Shown here one piece after another: positions 55,534 through 64,000 of a stretch of DNA of 64,000 nt. Location of the stretch: contig JBBRCZ010000002.1 of the NCBI GenBank assembly GCA_038204425.1, positions 32,001-96,000 on the forward strand. The letters are read 5' to 3'. A program made the position numbers and the translations under genes. The notes beneath the pieces are model-generated. The model was not told the origin of the DNA. It saw only the letters and a program-made list of their open reading frames with translations, and did no database searches. Each line of letters starts with the position of its first letter. The stretch's first letter is position 1. The DNA comes from Spirochaetia bacterium (lineage in GTDB: Bacteria; Spirochaetota; Spirochaetia; DSM-27196; Salinispiraceae).

Positions 55534-57447
55534 ATGCACGAATCTGGTCTCATGAGCCAAACACGTCAAAGCGAAGAAGAACTACGCAAAGAAATTAGCC
55601 TGCTCAAGTCGCAGTTGGCGCATCGAGATAGAGATCTACGACGCGCCATGAGCAAGTTAGACAAGATAGTTGAGTTTGGCATTGCAATTTCTGCCGAACA
55701 GGATATCAACCGTTTGGTTGAGACTATTTTGCAAGGTGCCAAAGACTTGGCACACGCCGACGGTGGCAGTCTCTATTTGCTCAATCAAAAAAATCAACTT
55801 GAATTTCAGATAGTGCTCAATGACAGTTTGAGCATCCGACAAGGTGGCTGCAGCCAAAAGCCCATCACTCTGCCACCGGTCGACTTGTTTGATGCCGCGG
55901 GCAAGCCCAATAATAGTAACGTGGTTAGTCATGCCTACTTTAGTGGTCAAACCATCAACATTGCCGATGCCTACGAAGTTGAACACTTTGATTTTTCTGG
56001 TACACGACGTTTTGACTTGCAAAACGGCTATCGTTCACAGTCGTTTTTGACCATTCCTCTTCGTCCACGCGGCGGCGGTATAATTGGAGCCTTGCAACTT
56101 ATAAATGCTCACGACAGTGAGCTGGAAATGCTGGATCAAGACACCATCAGAGTTTTTACGCCCGAGATGCAACGATTTGTTGAAGCCCTAGCTGCCGAAG
56201 CAGCGACAGCCCTCTACAATAGAGACTTGCTGGAAACTCAAAAAAAGCTCTTTGAGAATCAAAAGCAATTGTTTGATGCCATGATCAATTTTATCGCCGA
56301 TGCAATTGATGCTAAGAGCCACTATACTGGCTCACACTGCAAACGCGTGCCCGAACTTGCCCTTATGATAGTTGAGGCCGCTTGCCAGGTCAAAGAAGGC
56401 CCGTTAGCTGATTTTGACTTTAAGACCGAAGATGAGTGGTATGAGTTTAAGGTAGCGGCACTTCTCCACGATTGTGGTAAGGTCACAACGCCAGAGTTTG
56501 TAGTGGATAAAGCGTCCAAGTTGGAGACAATTAGCAACCGTATTCATGAGATTAGGACTCGTTTTGAAGTTTTACATCGCGATGCGCGCGTCAGCTATTT
56601 AGAAAAACTCCTAGTAGGCCAGGATGCGGCCGATTGTGCGCAGCAACTGAAAGTCGAGTATCAGAAGCTCTACGATGACTTTGAATTTGTTGCCTCATGC
56701 AATTTGGGCGAGGACTTTATGAGTCCAGCGCGCATTAAGCGTTTACAAGAAATATCTCAAAAAAATTGGGTCCGCCACTTTGATGACCGTTTGGGTCTCA
56801 GCTGGGAAGAACAACGCCGCTTTGACGAAGTTCCGCAAGAAAGTCTGCCCTATAGTGAGCTGCTTATTGCCGACAAGCCCGAACACATAATCAGACGCAA
56901 AGAAGAATTTTACTCTCGATACGTTGGCCATGACTTTACCTTACCCGTCCCCGAGCATTTATATAACAATGGCGAACTCTACAATCTAAGTATCGCCTGG
57001 GGCACGCTCAATACCGAAGAACGCTTTAAAATTAACGAGCACATTATGCAGACAATTGTTATGTTGGAACGTCTGCCACTGCCCGAAGGACTCAAAAAAG
57101 TGCCCCATTTTGCCGGTACCCATCATGAGAATCTGCTTGGAACCGGTTACCCACGCAACCTAAAAGCTGAGCAACTGTCTATCCCGGCCCGCATTATGAC
57201 CATCGCTGATATATTTGAAGCCCTAACTGCAGCTGATCGTCCCTACAAAAAACCAAAGGCACTTTCTAACTGCTTGACCATACTCTACAATTTTAAAAAA
57301 GAAGGACTGATAGACCCTGTCATTTTTGACCTGTTTTTGACCTCGGGAATCTACCGCCGCTATGCTGAGGAATATCTCAAACCCGACCAAGTTGATGAGG
57401 TGGATATACAACAATTTCTCGACAGGCAAGGATCGCTTCTGCTATAG
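55534..57447 (+). CDS. GAF + HD-GYP c-di-GMP phosphodiesterase
   Basis: ADGGSLYL, YRSQSFLTIPL, YTGSHCKRV, LHDCGK, HHENLLGTGYP, IADIFEALTAADRPYK. Confidence 0.93.
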   Translation: MHESGLMSQTRQSEEELRKEISLLKSQLAHRDRDLRRAMSKLDKIVEFGIAISAEQDINRLVETILQGAKDLAHADGGSLYLLNQKNQLEFQIVLNDSLSIRQGGCSQKPITLPPVDLFDAAGKPNNSNVVSHAYFSGQTINIADAYEVEHFDFSGTRRFDLQNGYRSQSFLTIPLRPRGGGIIGALQLINAHDSELEMLDQDTIRVFTPEMQRFVEALAAEAATALYNRDLLETQKKLFENQKQLFDAMINFIADAIDAKSHYTGSHCKRVPELALMIVEAACQVKEGPLADFDFKTEDEWYEFKVAALLHDCGKVTTPEFVVDKASKLETISNRIHEIRTRFEVLHRDARVSYLEKLLVGQDAADCAQQLKVEYQKLYDDFEFVASCNLGEDFMSPARIKRLQEISQKNWVRHFDDRLGLSWEEQRRFDEVPQESLPYSELLIADKPEHIIRRKEEFYSRYVGHDFTLPVPEHLYNNGELYNLSIAWGTLNTEERFKINEHIMQTIVMLERLPLPEGLKKVPHFAGTHHENLLGTGYPRNLKAEQLSIPARIMTIADIFEALTAADRPYKKPKALSNCLTILYNFKKEGLIDPVIFDLFLTSGIYRRYAEEYLKPDQVDEVDIQQFLDRQGSLLL

Positions 57448-57467
57448 TACGACAGCAGGAGTTTTGC

Positions 57468-58538
57468 GTGAAAATAAGCCCATCCACCCTTTTACAGCTG
57501 CCGTCAGGTGCCACTGGTCTGTTTTTGCATGAGGCCCACAGTCACCGTCGGCAGGTAGAAAAACTCAATCAACTTTATGATTCCTGGGCCTATCTGCCTG
57601 TCCATACTCCATTGTTGGATTTTTCGGAAGCCTACACTGGCCTAGTTTCTGAGGCAGATGCCAAACGAGTCTATCAAATGTTTGACCGCGACGGCCACCT
57701 TTTGATGCTGCGCTGGGATATAACCTTGTTTTTGGTCAAACAGATCCGCAGCATGCTCAGTCCAAAGTGCCCGGTGCTGCGCTTGTGTTACGCCGATAGT
57801 ATTATGCGCCATGAAGACGCAGAAGATATCGCACGGAATGAGTTTTTTCAAACGGGCGTCGAACTAATTGGCAAACCTGGCTTGGAAGGCGATTTGGAAG
57901 TGCTTTTGCTCTTGCAACAAGCCTTTGAAGCCTTGCGACTGCGGCCTTCTGTCCACGTTGGAAGCCATTCTCTGATTGATGCGGTCAGTACCGAGCTCAA
58001 TTCTTTGCAAAAAGAAGAACTATCTCACGCTATAAAGTATCGAGACCAAGCCCAGATAGAGGCTCTTTTGGGCCCCAACCTGGCAAGTGACGCCAAGCTT
58101 TTTAGTTTAATTTGTCCAGCCGCACAAGCCCCAGAAGTTTTGGCGCCTCACCTAAAAAGTATAAAGCCAGCCAGTCGAGACGCTGTTGAACAACTATTGA
58201 CTCTCTTGTCCAATCTTCTTGACATAGAACCAAGTTTTGACCTGCACCTAGATTGCTCCGAAATTGGCAGCCAAGGTTACCACTCAGGCATGGTTTTTCA
58301 GGCCTACCTAGACGGAATTTCTGGCCCAGCTGCCGCCGGCGGGCGTTATGATCGGCTGCTTGAACGCTTGGGAAGCCCATCTCCAGCGGCTGGTTTTAGC
58401 ATAATGCTCAGTCGTTTGTTGGCTGTTTTGCCAGAAAGCGCTCAATCAGAATTATATCACGCACAAGGAAGCACCTTCCAAGAGCGTGTCGCCGACGCCA
58501 AACGTGAGCGTCAACAAGGAAGAAGGGTCAGCCTGTGA
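57468..58538 (+). CDS. hisZ: ATP phosphoribosyltransferase regulatory subunit
   Basis: HisRS-like LRWDIT, EFFQTGVELIG, YHSGMVF, GGRYDRLL, AAGFSI; directly before short hisG. Confidence 0.9.
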   Translation: MKISPSTLLQLPSGATGLFLHEAHSHRRQVEKLNQLYDSWAYLPVHTPLLDFSEAYTGLVSEADAKRVYQMFDRDGHLLMLRWDITLFLVKQIRSMLSPKCPVLRLCYADSIMRHEDAEDIARNEFFQTGVELIGKPGLEGDLEVLLLLQQAFEALRLRPSVHVGSHSLIDAVSTELNSLQKEELSHAIKYRDQAQIEALLGPNLASDAKLFSLICPAAQAPEVLAPHLKSIKPASRDAVEQLLTLLSNLLDIEPSFDLHLDCSEIGSQGYHSGMVFQAYLDGISGPAAAGGRYDRLLERLGSPSPAAGFSIMLSRLLAVLPESAQSELYHAQGSTFQERVADAKRERQQGRRVSL

Positions 58539-59200
58539 AAGAGCTAGTCACTACAAAAAACACCAGCCCACTGACTTTTGCCTTGCCTAAGGGGCGTCTC
58601 GAGGACCAGGTTAGAGAGCATTTTGGCGCGCGCGATATCTTGTTTTCATTTTCCGACAGAAAGCTGGTCACTGAAGACTCAAAGGGCTACTTTTCACTAA
58701 TGCTGGTAAAGAACGCGGACTTGCCAACTTATGTTATGCATGGCATTGCTGGGCTTGGTGTTTGCGGTGAAGATGTGCTCTATGAGGCAAGCTCCAAGCT
58801 CATTAAACTAAAACAACTGCCCTTTGGATCCACGCGAATGTGCCTTGCCGCCACTAAAGAGCTGAGTCAACAGATCAAAGCTCTGGGCGACTGGACAAGC
58901 GCTCTACGTCAAGGAAGTCTGCGAGTCGCCAGTAAATTTACGCGCTTTAGTCGAGACTATTTTCATAGCCTTGGAATCCCTGTCGACTTGATAAAGCTCA
59001 ACGGCAGCGTAGAATTGGCACCAGTGCTTGGTTTGGCACCCTTTATTGTCGATCTTGTAGAAACAGGATCCACGCTCAAGGCCAACGATCTGGAGGTTGT
59101 TGCTGTCTTGCAGGAGATAAAGGTATATTTGGTTGCTAATCCAGCCTACTACAAACAACACTATCGTCGCATTGACGAACTTGTAGGTCTCTTGGATTAG
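58535..59200 (+). CDS. hisG: ATP phosphoribosyltransferase, short form
   Basis: ALPKGRL, DLPTYV, VASKF, LNGSVELAP, IVDLVETGSTLKANDL. Confidence 0.96.
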   Translation: MKELVTTKNTSPLTFALPKGRLEDQVREHFGARDILFSFSDRKLVTEDSKGYFSLMLVKNADLPTYVMHGIAGLGVCGEDVLYEASSKLIKLKQLPFGSTRMCLAATKELSQQIKALGDWTSALRQGSLRVASKFTRFSRDYFHSLGIPVDLIKLNGSVELAPVLGLAPFIVDLVETGSTLKANDLEVVAVLQEIKVYLVANPAYYKQHYRRIDELVGLLD

Positions 59201-59232
59201 AGCGTGTTAAACATGTAATGAGGGAGAAAACC

Positions 59233-59841
59233 ATGCCACAAGCCAAAGATTCAGGCATCCAGGTCAGCCGAAGCACTAAAGAAACCGCCATAGACTTGAT
59301 ACTCGATTTTGACAAGCCAGCAGAGCTTTCTTTTAGTTTTGGCCTGCCATTTTTTGAACACATGCTGCATGCTATGGCTTTTCACGGGGGCTTTGGGCTC
59401 AAAATCAAAGCCAAGGGCGACCTAGAAGTTGATCCTCACCACTTAGTGGAAGATCTCGGTTTGGTTCTTGGTCAAGCGCTCAGTCAATATCTTGACCAAA
59501 TCGGCGCCGTTGATCGTTACGGATCCAGTATAATTCCGATGGATGACGCGCTGTCCGAGGCAGTGATAGACGTCTGTCGCCGTCCTTACTTGGTATACCA
59601 AGCACAGCTTCCTCAGACCCATGCAGGAACCTTTGATTTAAGTCTACTGCGTGAGTTCTTTTTGGCACTTGCCAACACAGCGCGCATTAACCTACATCTC
59701 AATTGCCGCTATGGCGTCAACTCACATCACATGGTGGAGTCGCTGTTTAAGGCCTTGGGTAGAGCCATCAAGCAAGCATATCTTCCACGGCTTGACGACA
59801 AAAAAGGTACCGCGAGCATGAGCACTAAGGGAGCTATCTGA
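59233..59841 (+). CDS. hisB: Imidazoleglycerol-phosphate dehydratase
   Basis: RSTKET, FFEHML, GDLEVDPHHLVED, PMDD, NSHHMVESLFKA, STKG. Confidence 0.96.
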   Translation: MPQAKDSGIQVSRSTKETAIDLILDFDKPAELSFSFGLPFFEHMLHAMAFHGGFGLKIKAKGDLEVDPHHLVEDLGLVLGQALSQYLDQIGAVDRYGSSIIPMDDALSEAVIDVCRRPYLVYQAQLPQTHAGTFDLSLLREFFLALANTARINLHLNCRYGVNSHHMVESLFKALGRAIKQAYLPRLDDKKGTASMSTKGAI

Positions 59842-59897
59842 TTGAAATAAAACCTAAAGCGTCATTCCTAGACCTAAGTTTTATTGCATCACTTCTA

Positions 59898-61223
59898 GTG
59901 CTTTCTGGCCCAATAGTAGCGCAAAACTTGATGGTTGCTGCTCTTGGAGCAACCGACATTTTTATGGTTGGTGCACTTGGCCCGGAGGCAGTTGCTGGAC
60001 TTGGCTTTGCAAACCAACTGGGCTTTCTCTTTACCTTGTTGCTGTTTGCAACTAGCTCTACCGCCTCGGTCTTCTATGCACGTTTTCTGTCCTCGGGTGA
60101 ACTTGAATCTAATAAGCTTATAGAAAGTTTTGCGCTAATAGTTACCTTGATTTTAGCCACTGGTTTTTTTTTGATAGCGAGATTTTTTTCGCAAACGTTT
60201 TTGTCTTTTTACTCAAATGATCTAGAAGCCATTGCTTATGGTAGAGACTACCTATCGATCTTGGCCTTTAGTTATCCGCTTTACGCTTTGAGTTTCCATT
60301 ATACAACGGTCTTGCGAACCAGCCACAAGACGGTTCTGCCAATGATAGTTGGCAGCCTAAGCTTGCTCTTAAACACTTTTGGAAACTGGTTGCTCATTTT
60401 TGGAAAACTTGGCGCTCCCGCCCTCGGTGTCCGCGGTGCCGGCCTAGCCAGTCTCCTGGCACGTTTTTTAGAGTGCATTATTTTGTTGGCCGTAGTTTTC
60501 CGCGGTAGCACACGCCAGGTCCTTGGTGGCCTTGGTTTGCGACGCCCGCTTGGTTCTAGCAAATTGCTGGCCTTGTTTGCAAGGACTGGCCTGCCGGTTT
60601 TAGCCAACGAAAGCCTCTGGTCACTTGCCGTAACTGCCTATCAAGCCATTTATGGACGAGTGGGTACCCTTCAGGCAGCCGCGGCGCAAATCGTCGTATC
60701 TATGGAGCAACTAGTGCTGATGGCTTTCTTTGGTATCTCCAGTGGCGCCGCGATCTTGATTGGTAACTCAATCGGAGCAGGAAAGATAGACCAAGCTCAA
60801 GCACATGGCATACAGGTTATCCGATTTGCCGTTGTGGGTGCGATGCTTGGCAGTTTGGTTTTGGCTATTGTAGGCTTATGGGTATTACCGGCCTTTGGCC
60901 AACCAGAGACGGTACTTGGGTTTGCAAAGCAAATACTTTTGGTATTGTCTATCTTTTTGTGTATGAAGATTGGCAACGCTTTGATGATAGCCGGCGTATT
61001 TCGGGCCGGTGGCGACACAAAGTTTTGCCTCTTTTTGGAAGGCGGTTTATTGTGGGGCTTTGGCATCCCACTGACCGCCCTAGTTGGCTTGGTGCTCAAG
61101 CTAGATGTCTGGGCCATTTGCTTGAGTATTTCTCTAGAAGAGCTGCTAAAATTTGGCTTCGCATGGAAGAGACTAGTTTCTGGCAAGTGGATAAAGGCAT
61201 TAGATACACCACTTAGGACATAA
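59898..61223 (+). CDS. MATE family efflux transporter (true start may be 59838/59841)
   Basis: DIFMVGALG, NWLLIFG.LG.PALGVRGAGLAS, GNSIGAG, FRAGGDT; about 12 TM. Confidence 0.9.
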   Translation: MLSGPIVAQNLMVAALGATDIFMVGALGPEAVAGLGFANQLGFLFTLLLFATSSTASVFYARFLSSGELESNKLIESFALIVTLILATGFFLIARFFSQTFLSFYSNDLEAIAYGRDYLSILAFSYPLYALSFHYTTVLRTSHKTVLPMIVGSLSLLLNTFGNWLLIFGKLGAPALGVRGAGLASLLARFLECIILLAVVFRGSTRQVLGGLGLRRPLGSSKLLALFARTGLPVLANESLWSLAVTAYQAIYGRVGTLQAAAAQIVVSMEQLVLMAFFGISSGAAILIGNSIGAGKIDQAQAHGIQVIRFAVVGAMLGSLVLAIVGLWVLPAFGQPETVLGFAKQILLVLSIFLCMKIGNALMIAGVFRAGGDTKFCLFLEGGLLWGFGIPLTALVGLVLKLDVWAICLSISLEELLKFGFAWKRLVSGKWIKALDTPLRT

Positions 61224-61310
61224 AAACAGGAGAATCATTCAAAAATGTAGATTTTTTGTTGATTTTGTTGCATTTAGACGTGGAGTGAATTAAAATTATG
61301 CGGAAATGGT

Positions 61311-61694
61311 ATGGGTGAGTTTAAAAAAGTAGATCGATCACAGCTTTTCATCAAGACGGTAGAAAAAACCCAGCCAAAGCTGACCGGAGAGCAGAGAGCG
61401 CAGCTCATTCGGCGCGGTAACGAGATGCTAAACGCGGGCAATTTAGATGCCGCAGAACGCGTGTTTGTTACCTGTGCCTATGGAGATGGTCTTGTTCGAC
61501 TTGGGGATGTGTTTTACAAACGGGCCGACTATATAAGGGCCATAAATTTGTACCTCAAGGCACCTGATTCTGTCAGGGTGGGCAAGGCTGCCAAACGAAT
61601 GTCGCTAGTGCTGCGGCAGTGGTTGATAGAGTCCGGTGGCGTGGTGCCAGAAGCCAAGCCAGCATCAAAGCGGCCTGATGATCAAACGCTGTAG
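61311..61694 (+). CDS. Hypothetical helical/TPR-like protein
   Basis: LIRRGNEMLNAGNLDAAERVF...YGDGLVRLGD; directly upstream of a TPR protein. Confidence 0.7.
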   Translation: MGEFKKVDRSQLFIKTVEKTQPKLTGEQRAQLIRRGNEMLNAGNLDAAERVFVTCAYGDGLVRLGDVFYKRADYIRAINLYLKAPDSVRVGKAAKRMSLVLRQWLIESGGVVPEAKPASKRPDDQTL

Positions 61695-61724
61695 CATTGC
61701 TCTAAGTACGGGAAGGATGAGGCA

Positions 61725-62894
61725 ATGTCAGAATACAAAAAAGAAGCCCCGATTCACCACGGTGATGAGTCAAAACGACCAAGTCTTGATGGCAGCGACC
61801 AACACCAACTAGATCATATCGCCGAAACAAGTCGGCAAGGTTATCATTTTCTTAAAACCAACCAGCTGAGTGAAGCCATAAACTGCTTTCGCACCATACT
61901 AGAAGAAAAGCCTGATAATAATTACGCTTTGGTTGGCATTGGCGATGCTTATCGAAAAAAGAAACGTTATTCAGAAGCCGCTGTCTATTATCAACATTGT
62001 CTATCCCTTTTTCCAAAGAACAACTACGCCCTTTTTGGCTTGGCAGACTGCTATCGCAATCTTAAGCAGTTTCATCGCGCTATAGAGGTTTGGGAGTCCT
62101 ATTTGGCCTTGGATGACCGTAATGTCACGGTACTGACGCGCATCGCTGATGCCTATCGCAAGGTGCGCAATCAAGAGCGTTCTCGAGAGATTTACATGCA
62201 GGTACTCAACATGGAACCAGAAAATGCCTATGCTATTATTGGTTTGGGACACCTCTACTATGACTTTAAAGAATATAGTCAGGCACTCGATTATTGGGAA
62301 CGTATGCATACTATGCATGGCGAAAACGTTGACATTAGGGTTCTGACTTCGCTTGGCAACTGTCACCGAAAGCTAAAAACATTTCACGACGGCATTCCTT
62401 ATTTTGAAACTGCCTTGCATCGAGACCGAAGCAATTTTTACGCTTTGTTTGGATTGGCTGACTGCTACCGTGGTATGAACAAACAGGAGCAAAGTTTAGA
62501 CTACTGGAACCGAATTCTCAATCAAGATCCCCATAACAAAGTGATTCTCACACGGGCCGGAGATGCGTACCGAAAAATAGGCGATGTTTTTAATGCCAAG
62601 GATTACTACCACCGCGCACTTAACATCGACTACGATATCTATGCCGTTTTGGGCTTGGCTTTAATTCACAAGTTTGAAGGGCTCTACGGTCAAGCTGTAG
62701 AAAGCATGGAGACGGTTTTGACGGCCGATCAGAGATTACAACGCCTCTATCCTGACATTTTAGAGTGTTACATAAAACTTGGCGACAGGGCAGGGCAGCA
62801 GGACATAATTTCGCGCTTTAATGGCGTCCGTCAGGTTTCGACCTATGTTCAAGAGAGCTTTGATAGGCTGCGAAGTCTAGCCATGGTTAACTGA
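61725..62894 (+). CDS. Tetratricopeptide repeat protein
   Basis: Repeated NNYALxGLADCYR / VLTRxxDAYRK TPR units. Confidence 0.9.
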   Translation: MSEYKKEAPIHHGDESKRPSLDGSDQHQLDHIAETSRQGYHFLKTNQLSEAINCFRTILEEKPDNNYALVGIGDAYRKKKRYSEAAVYYQHCLSLFPKNNYALFGLADCYRNLKQFHRAIEVWESYLALDDRNVTVLTRIADAYRKVRNQERSREIYMQVLNMEPENAYAIIGLGHLYYDFKEYSQALDYWERMHTMHGENVDIRVLTSLGNCHRKLKTFHDGIPYFETALHRDRSNFYALFGLADCYRGMNKQEQSLDYWNRILNQDPHNKVILTRAGDAYRKIGDVFNAKDYYHRALNIDYDIYAVLGLALIHKFEGLYGQAVESMETVLTADQRLQRLYPDILECYIKLGDRAGQQDIISRFNGVRQVSTYVQESFDRLRSLAMVN

Positions 62895-62934
62895 GCAGCT
62901 AAGCTGACAAGCAGCTAACTAGCTATCGATCGGC

Positions 62935-63618
62935 TTACTTCTTTATGAAGTTTTGTGAAAAGCCAGTCGTAGGCCGGTCTTGTAGACCCCAGGGCATATC
63001 CAGTATTGAAATTTGCGGATAGCGTGCTGCCAATAGTCGGCGCGTGTCTTTGACTATAGTTGGGTGGCATGCTGGATCTTGGACGTAAATTATGCCCGCA
63101 ATCTGGCACTGTTCGGCTATCAAGCGATCAAGACTCAGGATAGTATGATTGATGCTACCAAGCCGTCCGGAACTTACCAACAAAACCTGACAAGCCCTTT
63201 CCTTAATAAAATCAATAGTATAATAGTCGTCGCTTAGCGGCACCATAATGCCACCTGCACCTTCTATCAACACAATTTCATACTTACTGCTAAAACTATC
63301 AAACCTGGCGTGTACCTGCTCAGGAGAAAACCGTCGCCCTTCTATGTGGGCGGCAAGATGGGGAGACGCCGCAAAGCCAAATACAAACGGACAGGTGCTA
63401 GTATCCTTGTCAATGTCAGTTAAGTCCATGCCCATTATCGAACGATGTGTTTGAATATCCTCTGAGACACCTATCCCACCGGTTTGAACTATCTTACTGG
63501 TCATGCAGGAAATCCCGCGTTCTAAAAGATCGCGAGCCAAGAGCCCACAGGCCCAAGTCTTGCCTATATTGGTGTCGATGCCGGTAACAAAGTATTCTCT
63601 GGCTCGTTGAATCTTCAT
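62935..63618 (-). CDS. bioD: Dethiobiotin synthase
   Basis: FVTGIDTNIGKT, K..QTG, SPHLAA, IEGAGGIMVP, LGSINHT. Confidence 0.96.
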   Translation of the reverse strand: MKIQRAREYFVTGIDTNIGKTWACGLLARDLLERGISCMTSKIVQTGGIGVSEDIQTHRSIMGMDLTDIDKDTSTCPFVFGFAASPHLAAHIEGRRFSPEQVHARFDSFSSKYEIVLIEGAGGIMVPLSDDYYTIDFIKERACQVLLVSSGRLGSINHTILSLDRLIAEQCQIAGIIYVQDPACHPTIVKDTRRLLAARYPQISILDMPWGLQDRPTTGFSQNFIKK

Positions 63619-64000
63619 ATACGTTGTGCCACCAAGTAAAGAGGGCTGTAGCAGAGCGCGTAACGGTCATGTTGGTCTTTCGGATAAGCCGCACACCATT
63701 TTTTAAGTTCTTGGCGGCCCAAGAGACGGCTTTCAATTGCGTTTACACCACAGGCTTTGCAATGCACTAAAACCTCACGAGCTGAGTCAAAGTAAAGAGT
63801 TATTGAGTCTTTTTTATGCGCGAGCAGTCTAAATCCAGCTTGCTCGAGCCACAAGCGATGCTGTTCTAAATCATAGTAGCACAGACTCGGCCCGCCAGCT
63901 ATTCGTACTTGCTCAAAGTTGCCTGGCAAAAAAGTTGAGAATGCAACTAGCCCATTCTTGGAGAAGAGCGGCATTAAAACGCCAAAAAGCCTTGGTAGAT
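63615..64000 (-). CDS. bioC: Malonyl-ACP O-methyltransferase BioC, C-terminal part (5' end outside the window)
   Basis: GLVAFSTFLPGNFEQV, LYFDSAREVLVHCKACGVNA, LCYSPLYL; ATGA-coupled to bioD. Confidence 0.78.
   Translation of the reverse strand, partial: LPRLFGVLMPLFSKNGLVAFSTFLPGNFEQVRIAGGPSLCYYDLEQHRLWLEQAGFRLLAHKKDSITLYFDSAREVLVHCKACGVNAIESRLLGRQELKKWCAAYPKDQHDRYALCYSPLYLVAQRI

Noticed and set aside
1..64000. tRNA, rRNA, CRISPR-Cas, prophage, retron/RT or anti-phage defence genes
   Set aside because: No such motifs were recognised by eye; the only defence-like module is vapBC. A covariance or HMM scan could still find small RNAs.

Overview
Bacterial chromosomal window, most likely from a free-living anaerobic spirochete. 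This is an inference from the spirochete-type MCP, IleRS, HrpA-like helicase, TPR gene pair and many lipoproteins. Left end: an [FeFe]-hydrogenase maturation operon (hydG-hydE-TM1266-like-aspA-like, minus strand) whose HydG has an atypical C-terminal Cys spacing (CX19CX5C). About 3.8-26 kb is accessory: an esterase lipoprotein, a CBM/beta-helix/beta-trefoil lipoprotein, an MCP plus Cache-GGDEF-EAL pair, a glycosyltransferase, a pseudogene, an ABC importer, an AhpD-AraC pair, a multi-CBM subtilase bracketed by two internally deleted IS3-family relics absent from the ORF track, and a TPR-HEXXH protease. 26-32.5 kb holds a TetR-controlled LolD/LolCE-like ABC + LolA-like + outer-membrane protein operon. 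The rest is mostly housekeeping (ileS, hisHF, aroB, hrpA, ettA, slyX, rarA, rlmI, HD-GYP, hisZGB, MATE, bioD, partial bioC), with a small decaying islet carrying vapBC. Several genes look leaderless. No rRNA, tRNA or CRISPR array was seen. All calls come from motif reading by eye; no database searches were run.
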